Shown: positions 19,844 through 28,326 of the stretch, in pieces
Numbering within the stretch: the stretch's first letter is position 1
How the letters are laid out: every line of letters starts with the position of its first letter
Source of the DNA: Patescibacteria group bacterium
GTDB lineage: Bacteria; Patescibacteriota; Minisyncoccia; Phycocordibacterales; UBA918
DNA: 64,000 nucleotides
Direction: 5' to 3'
Assembly: GCA_019745315.1 (NCBI GenBank)
Contig: JAIETH010000001.1
Location: 90,526-154,525, forward strand
The notes under the pieces: model-generated
Told to the model about the DNA's origin: nothing
The model's input: only the letters and a program-made list of their open reading frames with translations
Database searches by the model: none
Position numbers and translations under genes: made by a program

Positions 19844-20110
19844 CTAAAGGATGCTAATTTTGTCTGCCGCTTCTTCTGTCGATTTTTTGTCGGCAGTAAT
19901 CTTTGACTTCAACTTCACCAACTCCTTTTTGAGCAATTGCTTTGCTCTTTCTTTTTCCTCGGCCGAAGAAAAATGTTTGTTCTCAAACTCTTCGATCTTT
20001 CGGTCCATTTCCTTGAGTTTCTTTTTGTTGGCCACCATAAATATTGGAGCCATAAAACCTGCTAAGAACAGACCGATGAAGATCGCTACTACAAGAATGA
20101 TGATTATCAT
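19844..20110 (-). CDS. Small membrane protein with coiled-coil tail (88 aa)
   Basis: 'MIIIILVVAIFIGLFLAGFMAPIFMVA' TM followed by a K/E-rich helix. Confidence 0.45.
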   Translation of the reverse strand: MIIIILVVAIFIGLFLAGFMAPIFMVANKKKLKEMDRKIEEFENKHFSSAEEKERAKQLLKKELVKLKSKITADKKSTEEAADKISIL

Positions 20111-20356
20111 AAATTTGCTTGATCGACTTCTCTAATAATGCCCGCTAGGTTTTCCGTTTACACACAGAAAACCCGCCACGGGTAGGAGCCGAAGCCCCTC
20201 GTACAGGTTTCCCCATACGGCGATCAAGCAACCCCATGACGGGTTTTCTATGCTTGATCGACTTTTGACCATACCTTTGACCGGAGTCAAAGGGTTAGGC
20301 CCAACATATTCAGTTGTAAATACATTATACGATATTTTTGATTCCACTTACAGACT
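20111..20356. repeat. Structured non-coding region. Contains the 14-nt direct repeat 'tgcttgatcgactt' (20116-20129 and 20251-20264), an inverted 10-nt copy (20221-20230), and additional perfect hairpins (e.g. 20274-20293).
   Basis: Repeats and palindromes read directly from the sequence. No convincing ORF. Confidence 0.5.
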
Positions 20357-20404
20357 ATGCGAACAAGTCTAGAAATGGTGGTGTTTTTGTACTATAATGA
20401 ACTC

Positions 20405-21400
20405 ATGGCAAAGGCTACTAAAAAGAAAGCCGCACTAAGCCCTATTGAGGCCCTTGAAGCCTCAAGAAATAGCAGGGTGATTGTTTATTTTACAGGGGAC
20501 AGAAAACCTCAACCGTTTTCAACATTGGTTGGTATTGATGTACTCCCTGCATTCAAGGCTGTTCTCAAAAAAATTGGTAATACAAAAAAGATCACACTTG
20601 CCCTCTACACTAATGGGGGACATTTGGATACTCCTTGGCCTCTAATACATTTGATCAGGGAACACGCTGAAGAATTCGAGGTGCTTATTCTTGAGAAAGC
20701 ATTGAGCGCTGGAACTATGATTGCCCTAGGAGGCGATAAGATTGTCATGACGCCTCATTCTTTTTTGAGTCCTATTGATCCTGCAACCAATTTCCAAGAC
20801 GAGGAAAATCAGAAAATGAAGCGTTTTGAAATTGAGGATGTGATTGGGTATATAGATTTTGTTAGAGACAGAATCGGGATCACTGAACAACAGGCTTTGA
20901 TGGAAATCATGAAAGATTTGACTAAGGAAGTAAATCCTACTCGTCTTGGGTCTATTCATCGTACCCATGCTTTGGTTAGACGATTAGCAACAAAACTACT
21001 ATCGCTCCACAAAGAACCAGTGTCCGAAAGACAGACAAAGGAGATTATTGATCATTTGGCTCAAAAACTTTTTTCTCATAGTCATTTGATAAACAGGAAG
21101 GAAGCAAAAGAGATTGGTTTCGATAACATCATTGAATATGCCGATAAAGCAACTGAAAAGGCGGCTGATAATTTGATGACATACTATTCAGACTATCTCA
21201 AAATCGATGAGGAGTTTGAGCCTCTAAAGGAGATTGGCGAAAAAGAAGTAAAGAAAGAAATTCCACTAAGTCTAGCCGTAGTTCACTCCAAAGATCTCAA
21301 GTATGACTTCAAGGCAAATTGCGTAATTACAAAAGCCCCAGATCCAAACGGAAATCCTGGGATCAGAGTCGATATGAAATCTAAGTGGGAAAAAATATGA
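20405..21400 (+). CDS. ClpP/SppA/SDH-superfamily serine peptidase (crotonase-fold protease)
   Basis: 'LSAGTMIALGGDKIVMTPHSFLSPIDP' matches the ClpP-like G-x-S-x-G ... P motif pattern. About 330 aa with a non-protease C-terminal extension. Confidence 0.6.
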   Translation: MAKATKKKAALSPIEALEASRNSRVIVYFTGDRKPQPFSTLVGIDVLPAFKAVLKKIGNTKKITLALYTNGGHLDTPWPLIHLIREHAEEFEVLILEKALSAGTMIALGGDKIVMTPHSFLSPIDPATNFQDEENQKMKRFEIEDVIGYIDFVRDRIGITEQQALMEIMKDLTKEVNPTRLGSIHRTHALVRRLATKLLSLHKEPVSERQTKEIIDHLAQKLFSHSHLINRKEAKEIGFDNIIEYADKATEKAADNLMTYYSDYLKIDEEFEPLKEIGEKEVKKEIPLSLAVVHSKDLKYDFKANCVITKAPDPNGNPGIRVDMKSKWEKI

Positions 21401-21639
21401 AATACAACTCTCAAACAATATCAATAGGCAGTGATAGACAGAATTTCAAGACAAGCCTTGAAATAGCGGGTAATTTGAATGTTGGAGGAATTGTATATTC
21501 TACGCGACAAAATGGGTGGTTCATACAAACACAAGGTCCTGAAATAAAAAAGAACGAGCCATCAGGAGAATATGTAGAACTAAGTAAGGAAGAAGAAAAG
21601 AAGTTCTACAAGAAAGCCTTGGAGAAGAAACTTCTGTAA
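21397..21639 (+). CDS. Hypothetical small protein
   Basis: ORF overlapping the protease stop by 4 nt (operonic). K/E-rich C-terminus. Confidence 0.35.
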   Translation: MKYNSQTISIGSDRQNFKTSLEIAGNLNVGGIVYSTRQNGWFIQTQGPEIKKNEPSGEYVELSKEEEKKFYKKALEKKLL

Positions 21640-21642
21640 ATT

Positions 21643-22146
21643 ATGTATGCGGAACAAGGCCTACTCGATCCAACAACGCTTTACCAGGGAGATCTCATAG
21701 AAGATTTTCCTTTTCATGACCTTGATTCCCATTCTTCTGTAGTTAGAAACGAGAGTGGTACCCTAGTTGAACAAGCCACAGAGGATCAAAACTATCTTGC
21801 TCTCATTGAAACAAAGAAAAGGACAGTGATGATACTATCTCAAACTTGCGATATACAAAGGCGTACCCATGTCATTGTTTGTCCTATTTTCGATCTTCAA
21901 GAATACAGTAGAACTATCTCAAGGGATAAAGTTGAGGCTCTAAAAAAGAGAACAATAAACTATCTTTTTTATCTTCCCGCACATGGTAATTTTCAGGAAT
22001 CGTTTGCTGATTTACAACAGATTCACTATGTACCTCTAGAAACCATGAACTCCTACAAAGACAAGAGGGTTTTATCTTTGAGTGATTTGGGGAGACATCA
22101 TCTTTCTTGGTCCTTAGCATCTTTGTTTGGTCGGCCAGCATCGTAA
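21643..22146 (+). CDS. Hypothetical protein (167 aa)
   Basis: Begins 4 nt after the previous ORF. No recognisable motifs. Confidence 0.45.
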   Translation: MYAEQGLLDPTTLYQGDLIEDFPFHDLDSHSSVVRNESGTLVEQATEDQNYLALIETKKRTVMILSQTCDIQRRTHVIVCPIFDLQEYSRTISRDKVEALKKRTINYLFYLPAHGNFQESFADLQQIHYVPLETMNSYKDKRVLSLSDLGRHHLSWSLASLFGRPAS

Positions 22147-22522
22147 GTCTAGTTCTATATCCCTATTGTGGTAGTTGGATTGAAAGATCTCTAAGAAAAT
22201 TCAAGCGCTCTTTGAAGCGTAGGGCTTGATTGGTAGTACTCCCAAAAGCGAGATAGGTAGGTTTTCAGGTGGTTCGAAGTTTTATATACTGTGTCCACAA
22301 AATACGAAATAATCTCCCAAACGGGAGATTTTTCGATTTTGTGGAAAGCGCAGCCATATCGCTTTTGCGATGGCGAGCTGGGGTCGAGAGCACTTAGGCT
22401 TTTGTGAATACTTGGAACAAAAGACTTAGTGACTCGTGACCACTGGTGGAAGCCAAGGTGCGCTCGCGGAAATTTTGCCTAAAGCAAAATTATCTGTAAC
22501 CACAAAAAAGAGCGTTTTGTAT

Positions 22523-22867
22523 TCACGCTCTTCGTCTTCCGGCTTCTTCTCGTTCGAGTATCTCCTCATATTCTGCAGTGACGGTCTCCACATCATCTGG
22601 TTGTATAACCAGTGCTGCAATTAGGTCTCGTGCACGCATCTGGAGAAAGAAAATGGTGGGCAGTGATTTGCCGATCGCATACCTGACCACTGCCTCATGA
22701 ATTTTTCCAGCTACCACATACGCACTCATGTAGTATCCTGCGATAGAAAAGAACTCAGGAAAAAGGTCTTCCGGCAATCTATCCAGATCGGCACTCCCGA
22801 GAGAGATGCATTCAAGCTTATCTTTCATCTCACGGAAAGGGTGCAGTCGAATCAATCGTGATGCCAT
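22523..22867 (-). CDS. Hypothetical protein, GC-rich cassette
   Basis: Start set at the internal Met 'MASRLIRLHPF...', chosen on composition alone (the stretch upstream of it in the ORF is AT-rich); no RBS was checked. GC-rich third positions. Hairpin+T terminator downstream on the - strand. Confidence 0.4.
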   Translation of the reverse strand: MASRLIRLHPFREMKDKLECISLGSADLDRLPEDLFPEFFSIAGYYMSAYVVAGKIHEAVVRYAIGKSLPTIFFLQMRARDLIAALVIQPDDVETVTAEYEEILEREEAGRRRA

Positions 22868-23029
22868 GACTTTTCTCCCATCTGAGAGGATGAAAAGAAC
22901 TATATACAGAAAACATATACAAGGGAGCCTTGTCAACGAACACTATGAGTATATTGATTATCTTAAAATAATATGGTATAAGTTTTTTATATTGTATAGT
23001 GCAATACGTACATTTAAGGAGAATTTGGA

Positions 23030-23464
23030 ATGGCTCAAGGAGAAAAAATACTCCTTCTGGACGGAGAGAAGTCGAGGCGTGAAGGAATTGCTAAGCTTCT
23101 CACGGAATGGGGTCATAGGGTTGCTGCGGAGCGGTGTCCTGATACGGCGTGGCGATTGATTGAGCAGTACCCGAACTCCTTCACTGTTGTCATCGCTCCC
23201 GCCAACACGTCGCGTGGTAGCGGCACTGACTTCCTGGCTCGTGTTTCGTCTGGGATGAATACGCCGCCCCACCTGATCGCTCTGTGTGTCGCCCTCCATC
23301 ACTATCGGCGATATCTGCCGGATGTGATTGCGGACTTTGGGGGACACTGCGTTTCTGCGACCTGGCTTTGTGATGACGGAACGAACTACCCGCATCTCCG
23401 GGGTGTGATCGAAAACCTGAAGATACGACCCATTCTCTCGGTGACCGATACCAAAGACCACTAG
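23030..23464 (+). CDS. Receiver (REC)-like domain protein, degenerate (pseudo-receiver?)
   Basis: 'KILLLDGEKSRREGIAKLL...' has CheY-like N-terminal topology, but the acidic pocket and phospho-Asp are not conserved. GC-rich. Confidence 0.45.
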   Translation: MAQGEKILLLDGEKSRREGIAKLLTEWGHRVAAERCPDTAWRLIEQYPNSFTVVIAPANTSRGSGTDFLARVSSGMNTPPHLIALCVALHHYRRYLPDVIADFGGHCVSATWLCDDGTNYPHLRGVIENLKIRPILSVTDTKDH

Positions 23465-23488
23465 GTCTTCTGTATCGGTCTTTTTTAT
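23443..23488 (+). terminator. Hairpin (gaccgatac...gtatcggtc) plus T6 terminator of cassette 1. The 'TTTTTTATTTCC' motif is shared by the following cassettes.
   Basis: Seen directly. Analogous hairpin+T-run elements follow each of the seven cassettes. Confidence 0.6.
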
Positions 23489-23507
23489 TTCCAATTTCAG
23501 AAGGCAC

Positions 23508-23536
23508 TGTACAAAAACATATTACATGGTATAATT
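23508..23536 (+). promoter_or_regulatory. Sigma-70-type promoter for cassette 2: -35 'tgtaca', 17-nt spacer, extended -10 'TGGTATAAT'
   Basis: Read from the sequence. The same 'tatggtataa' element recurs upstream of cassettes 1, 4 and 5 and other genes. Confidence 0.45.
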
Positions 23537-23583
23537 CCTGCCGGATTTGCACCCGCAAGTCTCTCAGTATTCGGAGAGCCATA

Positions 23584-23967
23584 ATGGCACAAGCAAGGAT
23601 TCTCTTGGTTGAAGATGAACGGTTTTTGCGGAGCATGTACACTATGCTCCTCGAAGGGGCAGGTTATGAGGTTTTCTCTGCCGTAAACGGCGAGGAGGCA
23701 GAGGAAAAGCTGGAGCTCGGATCTTTCGATTTGATCTTGAGCGACAACAATATGCCGTTCAAGGATGGCGTGGATGTGCTTCGGGCTCTTCGCGCGGCAG
23801 GGAATGCCATCCCATTCATCCTTATGAGCGGGCGTCCTTGGCTTGATGACGGTACTGGCCTCGAGGATTTGTGCGCGTCCCACGGGGCGCAGTTCATCCA
23901 GAAGCCTGCTCAGAACAAGGTCCTTCTCGCCGCCATCGAGGAGATGCTCGCAGCCAAATCGGCATAG
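23584..23967 (+). CDS. Single-domain response-regulator receiver (CheY-like)
   Basis: 'RILLVEDE', phospho-acceptor context 'FDLILSDNNMP', and conserved 'T/S' and 'KP' ('FIQKP') positions. Confidence 0.85.
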   Translation: MAQARILLVEDERFLRSMYTMLLEGAGYEVFSAVNGEEAEEKLELGSFDLILSDNNMPFKDGVDVLRALRAAGNAIPFILMSGRPWLDDGTGLEDLCASHGAQFIQKPAQNKVLLAAIEEMLAAKSA

Positions 23968-24124
23968 GTTTCAAGATTGAGGAGTACCCGGGTGGACATG
24001 TGTCCATCCGGTTTTTTATTTCCATTCTCAAATACTTGCAATAGCTCAAATTATATGTTCCAATGCGTTTAGAGTCACACACAAAATCGTGTGAGTGGCA
24101 AAACCAAAACTGGAGGCTCATACA

Positions 24125-24508
24125 ATGAAGCGAATCTTGATTGTTGAAAGTGACGAAGCTCTTGCGGCAGAGCTGACAGAGATGCTGAAGGAGCATCTCG
24201 TGGTGACGGTGCCGAGCACTGTCACTGCATGGGTGTTGATCGAGGAAGGGCCGCCGTTTGATCTTGTGATCACGGATGTCGACAAGATCTCCGAGATGAG
24301 CGGGGTCCAGCTTCTCACGAACATGAAGGCGCAGTCTGTACCGAGCGCATGCGTGCTCATGAGCAGCGGCACCCACCACGACGGACAGTTCCTGCCTGAT
24401 ATTGCCCACAGGCTCGGCATCGAATTCATGCTCAAGTCGAGTATCCGCATTCGGTTTGTTCTTCCTCTCGTGGAGCGCCTTCTTGGTGTCACACGCGCCG
24501 CGGCATAA
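24125..24508 (+). CDS. Single-domain receiver (REC)-like protein
   Basis: 'RILIVESDE', 'FDLVITDVD'. Start taken at the internal Met. Confidence 0.6.
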   Translation: MKRILIVESDEALAAELTEMLKEHLVVTVPSTVTAWVLIEEGPPFDLVITDVDKISEMSGVQLLTNMKAQSVPSACVLMSSGTHHDGQFLPDIAHRLGIEFMLKSSIRIRFVLPLVERLLGVTRAAA

Positions 24509-24566
24509 GCCGCACCAATCCCTCTCCGCTTGCGAGTGGGATTTTTTCATACCCGGATACAAAATA

Positions 24567-24596
24567 TTGCAATTATTGTATTTCTATGGTATAAAA
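24567..24596 (+). promoter_or_regulatory. Promoter for cassette 4: -35 'ttgcaa', 18-nt spacer, 'TGGTATAAA'
   Basis: Read from the sequence. Confidence 0.4.
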
Positions 24597-24644
24597 CAGG
24601 TGGAAATTTCGCAGCTGTGCGGAATTCAGTGAGGGGGAAGTAGC

Positions 24645-25034
24645 GTGGCAAAAACCATTTTGGTCGTTGATGATGATGACGGCGTCCGCGAAGAGCTCGC
24701 GGAACTGATCGAGCTTCCGGGGCGGATCATCGTGATCGCCAAAAATCCGGAAGAGGCCCTCCGGCTCATCGATGGGGGTCTCAAGCCCCACTTGATCATC
24801 TCCGATCTCAACATGCCGCCGTATATGGACGGCTTCACCATGTTCATGGTGATTCGCCGCCTCAAGCGGTTTCCGTTTAACTTCATTCTGATGAGTGCGA
24901 GAGATAATCTGGACGGGGTGTCGCTCGCGGAGCTTTCGCGCAGGTACTCGTTCGAGTTCATCAGCAAGGGCTCTCTCCGAGGATCAGAGATCCTTCCGAT
25001 GGTCGCGCGCCTCCTCGAGAGTCTCGAGGTCTGA
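24645..25034 (+). CDS. Single-domain response-regulator receiver (CheY-like)
   Basis: 'ILVVDDDD', 'HLIISDLNMP', 'FISKG'. Confidence 0.85.
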   Translation: MAKTILVVDDDDGVREELAELIELPGRIIVIAKNPEEALRLIDGGLKPHLIISDLNMPPYMDGFTMFMVIRRLKRFPFNFILMSARDNLDGVSLAELSRRYSFEFISKGSLRGSEILPMVARLLESLEV

Positions 25035-25100
25035 GGGCCTCTCGCGCAGGTGTTTAAAAACACACCTGCGCTTTTTTATTTTCATACAAAACCATAGAGC

Positions 25101-25131
25101 TTGATAGTGCCATATTTTTATGGTATAAAAT
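25101..25131 (+). promoter_or_regulatory. Promoter for cassette 5: -35 'ttgata', 17-nt spacer, 'TGGTATAAAAT'
   Basis: Read from the sequence. Confidence 0.45.
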
Positions 25132-25179
25132 ACTTCAGAAATTTCGCCCCACGGCGACATCCGCAGGAGGTCAACCAAA

Positions 25180-25635
25180 ATGGCTCGTGTGCTCTGCGTA
25201 GATCCAGAAAACGAAGAATTGATAGTGCAGGTGATCCGAGGGATCGCTGATCACGGTCACACCGTGCATATGGTCCCGAGCCTTTTTCAAGTGCCCATCA
25301 CCGTGAGTCAATTCTACTTCGATCTCATGGTCGTGGTTGATGACCCTCTCGATTTCGATTTCGAGCGGCTCAAGGTTTTTCACGCAGCTCGATGCCGCGT
25401 GATTCCTCCTGACAATCTTCCACTGCCGCATCTTCTCGTCGTGTGTCCGGTGAGCATTCCTCCTCCTCGAGTGTGGAAGCTCAACTCACTCCGCATGCAA
25501 GTGCGGGAACCAACAAGTTACGTGGTGCTGGGGAAGAGCGATCAAAAACCCTGTCCGCTCTACGAGCACTTGAAGCCGCTCTTTCCGTCTGTTCTCCCAG
25601 AGCACACGCTCTGGACAGAACCTGTCCAAGCCTGA
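25180..25635 (+). CDS. Receiver-like domain protein, degenerate
   Basis: 'RVLCVDPENEE', 'FDLMVVVDD'. Pro-rich C-terminus. GC-rich. Confidence 0.4.
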   Translation: MARVLCVDPENEELIVQVIRGIADHGHTVHMVPSLFQVPITVSQFYFDLMVVVDDPLDFDFERLKVFHAARCRVIPPDNLPLPHLLVVCPVSIPPPRVWKLNSLRMQVREPTSYVVLGKSDQKPCPLYEHLKPLFPSVLPEHTLWTEPVQA

Positions 25636-25743
25636 CTCTCATCCGCATCTGCGGATTTTTTCTTTATTGCACATACAAATTATTTATGCGATCTTTTTAG
25701 AGGATAGTGCACATCCCGTGCTCACAATCAAAACGAGGGTGTT

Positions 25744-26211
25744 ATGGAAAAAAAGTTCGCACCGAAAGTGTTGATCGTCCATACCAGCGTTTGTGCTCGC
25801 ATATGCATTCGCGTGCCGCTTATGAGAAAGCATCGCGTGCGCGGTGTCAGCTGCGGAGAAACGGCTCTTTCTGTTTTTCGGATGGGTTTTTTTGATCCGG
25901 ATCTGGTCATCATAAACTACGCTCTCTCGAAAGATATGTCGGGCATGAAGCTTCTCGGCGCTCTTCGTGAGAAGACCTCCATGCGCGCAGTTCCTTTTTT
26001 TTCAGGTCCGGTGGTGGTGCTGGGAGCGTCCGAGACCGCAGAGCGTACGAGGAAATTGGAGACGCTCTGCGCACGGCGAGATGCGGTCTATATGTCCAGT
26101 TTCAGCTGCTGGCCGGAAGATCTGGCGAGGCTCGCACGAATCGTTAATGGTCAGCTTGATCCGTATGGATCAGAAGAAGAGGGCGAACGCTCATTATCGA
26201 CGAAAGTCTGA
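25744..26211 (+). CDS. Receiver-like domain protein, degenerate (Asp to Asn at the acceptor position)
   Basis: 'KVLIVHTS', 'DLVIINYAL', 'VVVLGAS'. Confidence 0.4.
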   Translation: MEKKFAPKVLIVHTSVCARICIRVPLMRKHRVRGVSCGETALSVFRMGFFDPDLVIINYALSKDMSGMKLLGALREKTSMRAVPFFSGPVVVLGASETAERTRKLETLCARRDAVYMSSFSCWPEDLARLARIVNGQLDPYGSEEEGERSLSTKV

Positions 26212-26336
26212 AGAGTACCCGAGACATGTTCTCGGTTTTTTTATTTCCCACCATACTCTTGATCCGTATCTTTTTTCATGTCACTATCTTTGCTCGGGGC
26301 GCGCAGTGCGTCCCTTGTTCTTTCCGGGGAAGATTC

Positions 26337-26768
26337 ATGCAACATGTATTGTGTGTGGGAGATGGTCAACATATCGACGCGATGCTGAGGAGCGGCGTCG
26401 AACGCATCGAAGGCCAGACCATCAAGGTGACATCAGTGCAGACGACAGAGGATGCGCTCCTCCATCTGCGTGCCGCCAACGACGAGCCGTGCCTTGTCGT
26501 GATCGCTCTGCCATTTCGCACATGCATGAATTTCATGCGCAGCCTGCGGCAGCCTGATGGAAACAAGCAGCAGCTCTTCGAAGGGCCCTTCGTTTTCGTC
26601 GGGCAGTCGAATGGCTTCATTCGCTCGAGGATGCTGTACAAGTTCGTCGCACTGCTTCACGGCATCTGCTACGACACGGAGTGGACGAAGGTCACTCCCG
26701 TACTCTTCGAGCGGCTCGTCAGGACGCTGCTTGATCCCTACGGCATGCTGTATCAGGAAGCAGCATAG
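26337..26768 (+). CDS. Receiver-like domain protein, degenerate
   Basis: Internal Met 'MQHVLCVGDGQ', 'CLVVIALP', 'FVFVGQS'. Followed by a 'cacacgccccgcgtgtgg'+T6 terminator. Confidence 0.4.
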   Translation: MQHVLCVGDGQHIDAMLRSGVERIEGQTIKVTSVQTTEDALLHLRAANDEPCLVVIALPFRTCMNFMRSLRQPDGNKQQLFEGPFVFVGQSNGFIRSRMLYKFVALLHGICYDTEWTKVTPVLFERLVRTLLDPYGMLYQEAA

Positions 26769-27208
26769 CCTCCCAACAACCCCACACGCCCCGCGTGTGG
26801 TTTTTTATGCTATGTGTTGCGGTTTCAGCATTTTGCTTATAATAAAATTATACAGGATGCAGGGAATAGGAAATCGCCGAACTCTCCTTAGAGTCCGGCG
26901 ATGGCGACAGGAGTGTGTACTCCTAGTCCGCAAGTTGCTTCACTGCGATGAGGTCGAGTGTCTCTCTCAGCATTTGGCCGCTCATGTCCGAAACCTCTCG
27001 GACATAGTCTGCCTGTGCGTTCGTATGAGAGTACTGCTCCCATGCGAACATACCCAGCATTGCAGCAAGAAAGAACATCGCGTATTCGTACTTCACTGTG
27101 ATTCCCCCTCAGGAATGTGTTTTAATATTATACTATTATATTAAATAAAGTCAATAGTCTGTGTAAACGCGTAAATGGCGCGCTTTTGTATTGTATAATC
27201 ATAGCAAT

Positions 27209-28288
27209 ATGTTCCGATGGCTCAAGAAACACTTCATTCCGCATCATGGGAATGGACATCAGCCACACTTTCTTCGTGAAAGAAATATCCGTGCGCTCAT
27301 TGTGGTGGTGCTGGTGGCTGAGCTCTGCCTCCTTGTTTTCCCATTTGTACCAGCCCTTCGCTTTACCAATAGCAACTTCATCACCTCAGTACTTCCTGCG
27401 GTTTTAAATGACCTCACTAACGAAGAGCGTGAGACACAGAGTTTTGCGACACTTACTGTCAATCCAGAATTGAATGCTGTTGCGGAACTTAAGGCGCGTG
27501 ATATGGCAGAAAAAGGATACTTTGCGCATACGAGTCCTGAAGGAAAAGAGCCGTGGTATTGGTTTAACTATGTGGGATATGACTATGAATATGCAGGAGA
27601 GAATCTTGCAGTTGATTTTGTCGACTCAGAAGATGTGACGAAGGGCTGGATGAATTCTCCGACACATAAGGCAAATATTTTGAAAGGGGTATACACAGAG
27701 ATGGGTACGGGTGTGGCAACTGGTATCTATGAAGGACGCGAGACTATTTTTGTTGCACAAGTGTATGCGCGTCCGAAGAGTGCTGCACCAGCCCCCACAA
27801 AGACTGTGGAGACATCTATTCCTGCGGTGGTGCCCTCTGCATCGTCTAACACTGAATCTGTTCCAGCCCCAACGCCACTTGAGGTTTCTGTGCCGGAAGG
27901 TTCAGTGGAAACAATTATTCTCGAAGAAGTGCGTGACGCTGTTGCGGAAGAGCAGGAGCAGACAGGAATTGCATTCGATGTGCCGACAGTGCTTGGTGTT
28001 GATACATCTCAAGCAGGAACGACACAGGCGAGCATGTTTGATAAATTTATTACCTCTCCGCAGCGTGTCGCTAATGGCGTGATCGGATTCCTTGCACTCC
28101 TTCTTGCTGTTGCGCTCATACTTAAGATGCTTATTCGTATGGATAAACAGCATCCTGTCCTTATAACGAACGGTCTTGCAGCGCTCACGATTGTCCTTGG
28201 TGTTTTCACCACTAACACATTTCTTGAAGAGAGGGATCAGGTCGTGACCACATCCTACGCAAGTTTTTACGAAGAAACACTTGAGTAA
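27209..28288 (+). CDS. CAP (SCP/PR-1/YkwD-like) domain protein with N- and C-terminal TM helices
   Basis: 'GYFAHTSPEG', 'GENLA', 'WMNSPTHKANIL' are CAP-domain motifs. Low-complexity Pro/Ala/Ser linker. Confidence 0.7.
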   Translation: MFRWLKKHFIPHHGNGHQPHFLRERNIRALIVVVLVAELCLLVFPFVPALRFTNSNFITSVLPAVLNDLTNEERETQSFATLTVNPELNAVAELKARDMAEKGYFAHTSPEGKEPWYWFNYVGYDYEYAGENLAVDFVDSEDVTKGWMNSPTHKANILKGVYTEMGTGVATGIYEGRETIFVAQVYARPKSAAPAPTKTVETSIPAVVPSASSNTESVPAPTPLEVSVPEGSVETIILEEVRDAVAEEQEQTGIAFDVPTVLGVDTSQAGTTQASMFDKFITSPQRVANGVIGFLALLLAVALILKMLIRMDKQHPVLITNGLAALTIVLGVFTTNTFLEERDQVVTTSYASFYEETLE

Positions 28289-28326
28289 TTGAGAACGGAG
28301 ATGCTTTTTGCTACTATACCCTCACT

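Larger units (their letters stand above)
17331..22520. mobile_element. Putative integrative island at tRNA-Ala. Contents: a large serine recombinase, small ORFs, a membrane protein, a structured repeat region, a ClpP-fold protease and two unknown proteins. The right boundary is not defined.
   Basis: The position beside the tRNA, the duplicated tRNA 3' end, and a recombinase gene with no housekeeping genes through 22.1 kb are observed. The right end was inferred only from the hairpin-rich non-coding stretch at 22.15-22.52 kb. Confidence 0.4.

Noticed and set aside
20132-20347. 71-aa - strand ORF inside the structured repeat region
   Set aside because: Composition and the embedded direct and inverted repeats argue for non-coding DNA or RNA. 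No RBS.
26923-27097. 58-codon - strand ORF with a 'GGGGG' RBS ('VKYEYAMFFLAAMLGMFAWEQY...')
   Set aside because: It is plausible as a small TM protein, but it is short, begins with GTG, and lies in GC-rich sequence where spurious ORFs are common. It is left unannotated.
22958-27144. Many long ORFs on the - strand and in alternative + frames across the REC array (e.g. 22958-23494-, 23894-24562-, 24626-25063-, 26557-27144+)
   Set aside because: High-GC sequence has few stop codons in any frame. These overlap the REC-homologous + strand ORFs, lack RBSs, and show no recognisable motifs.
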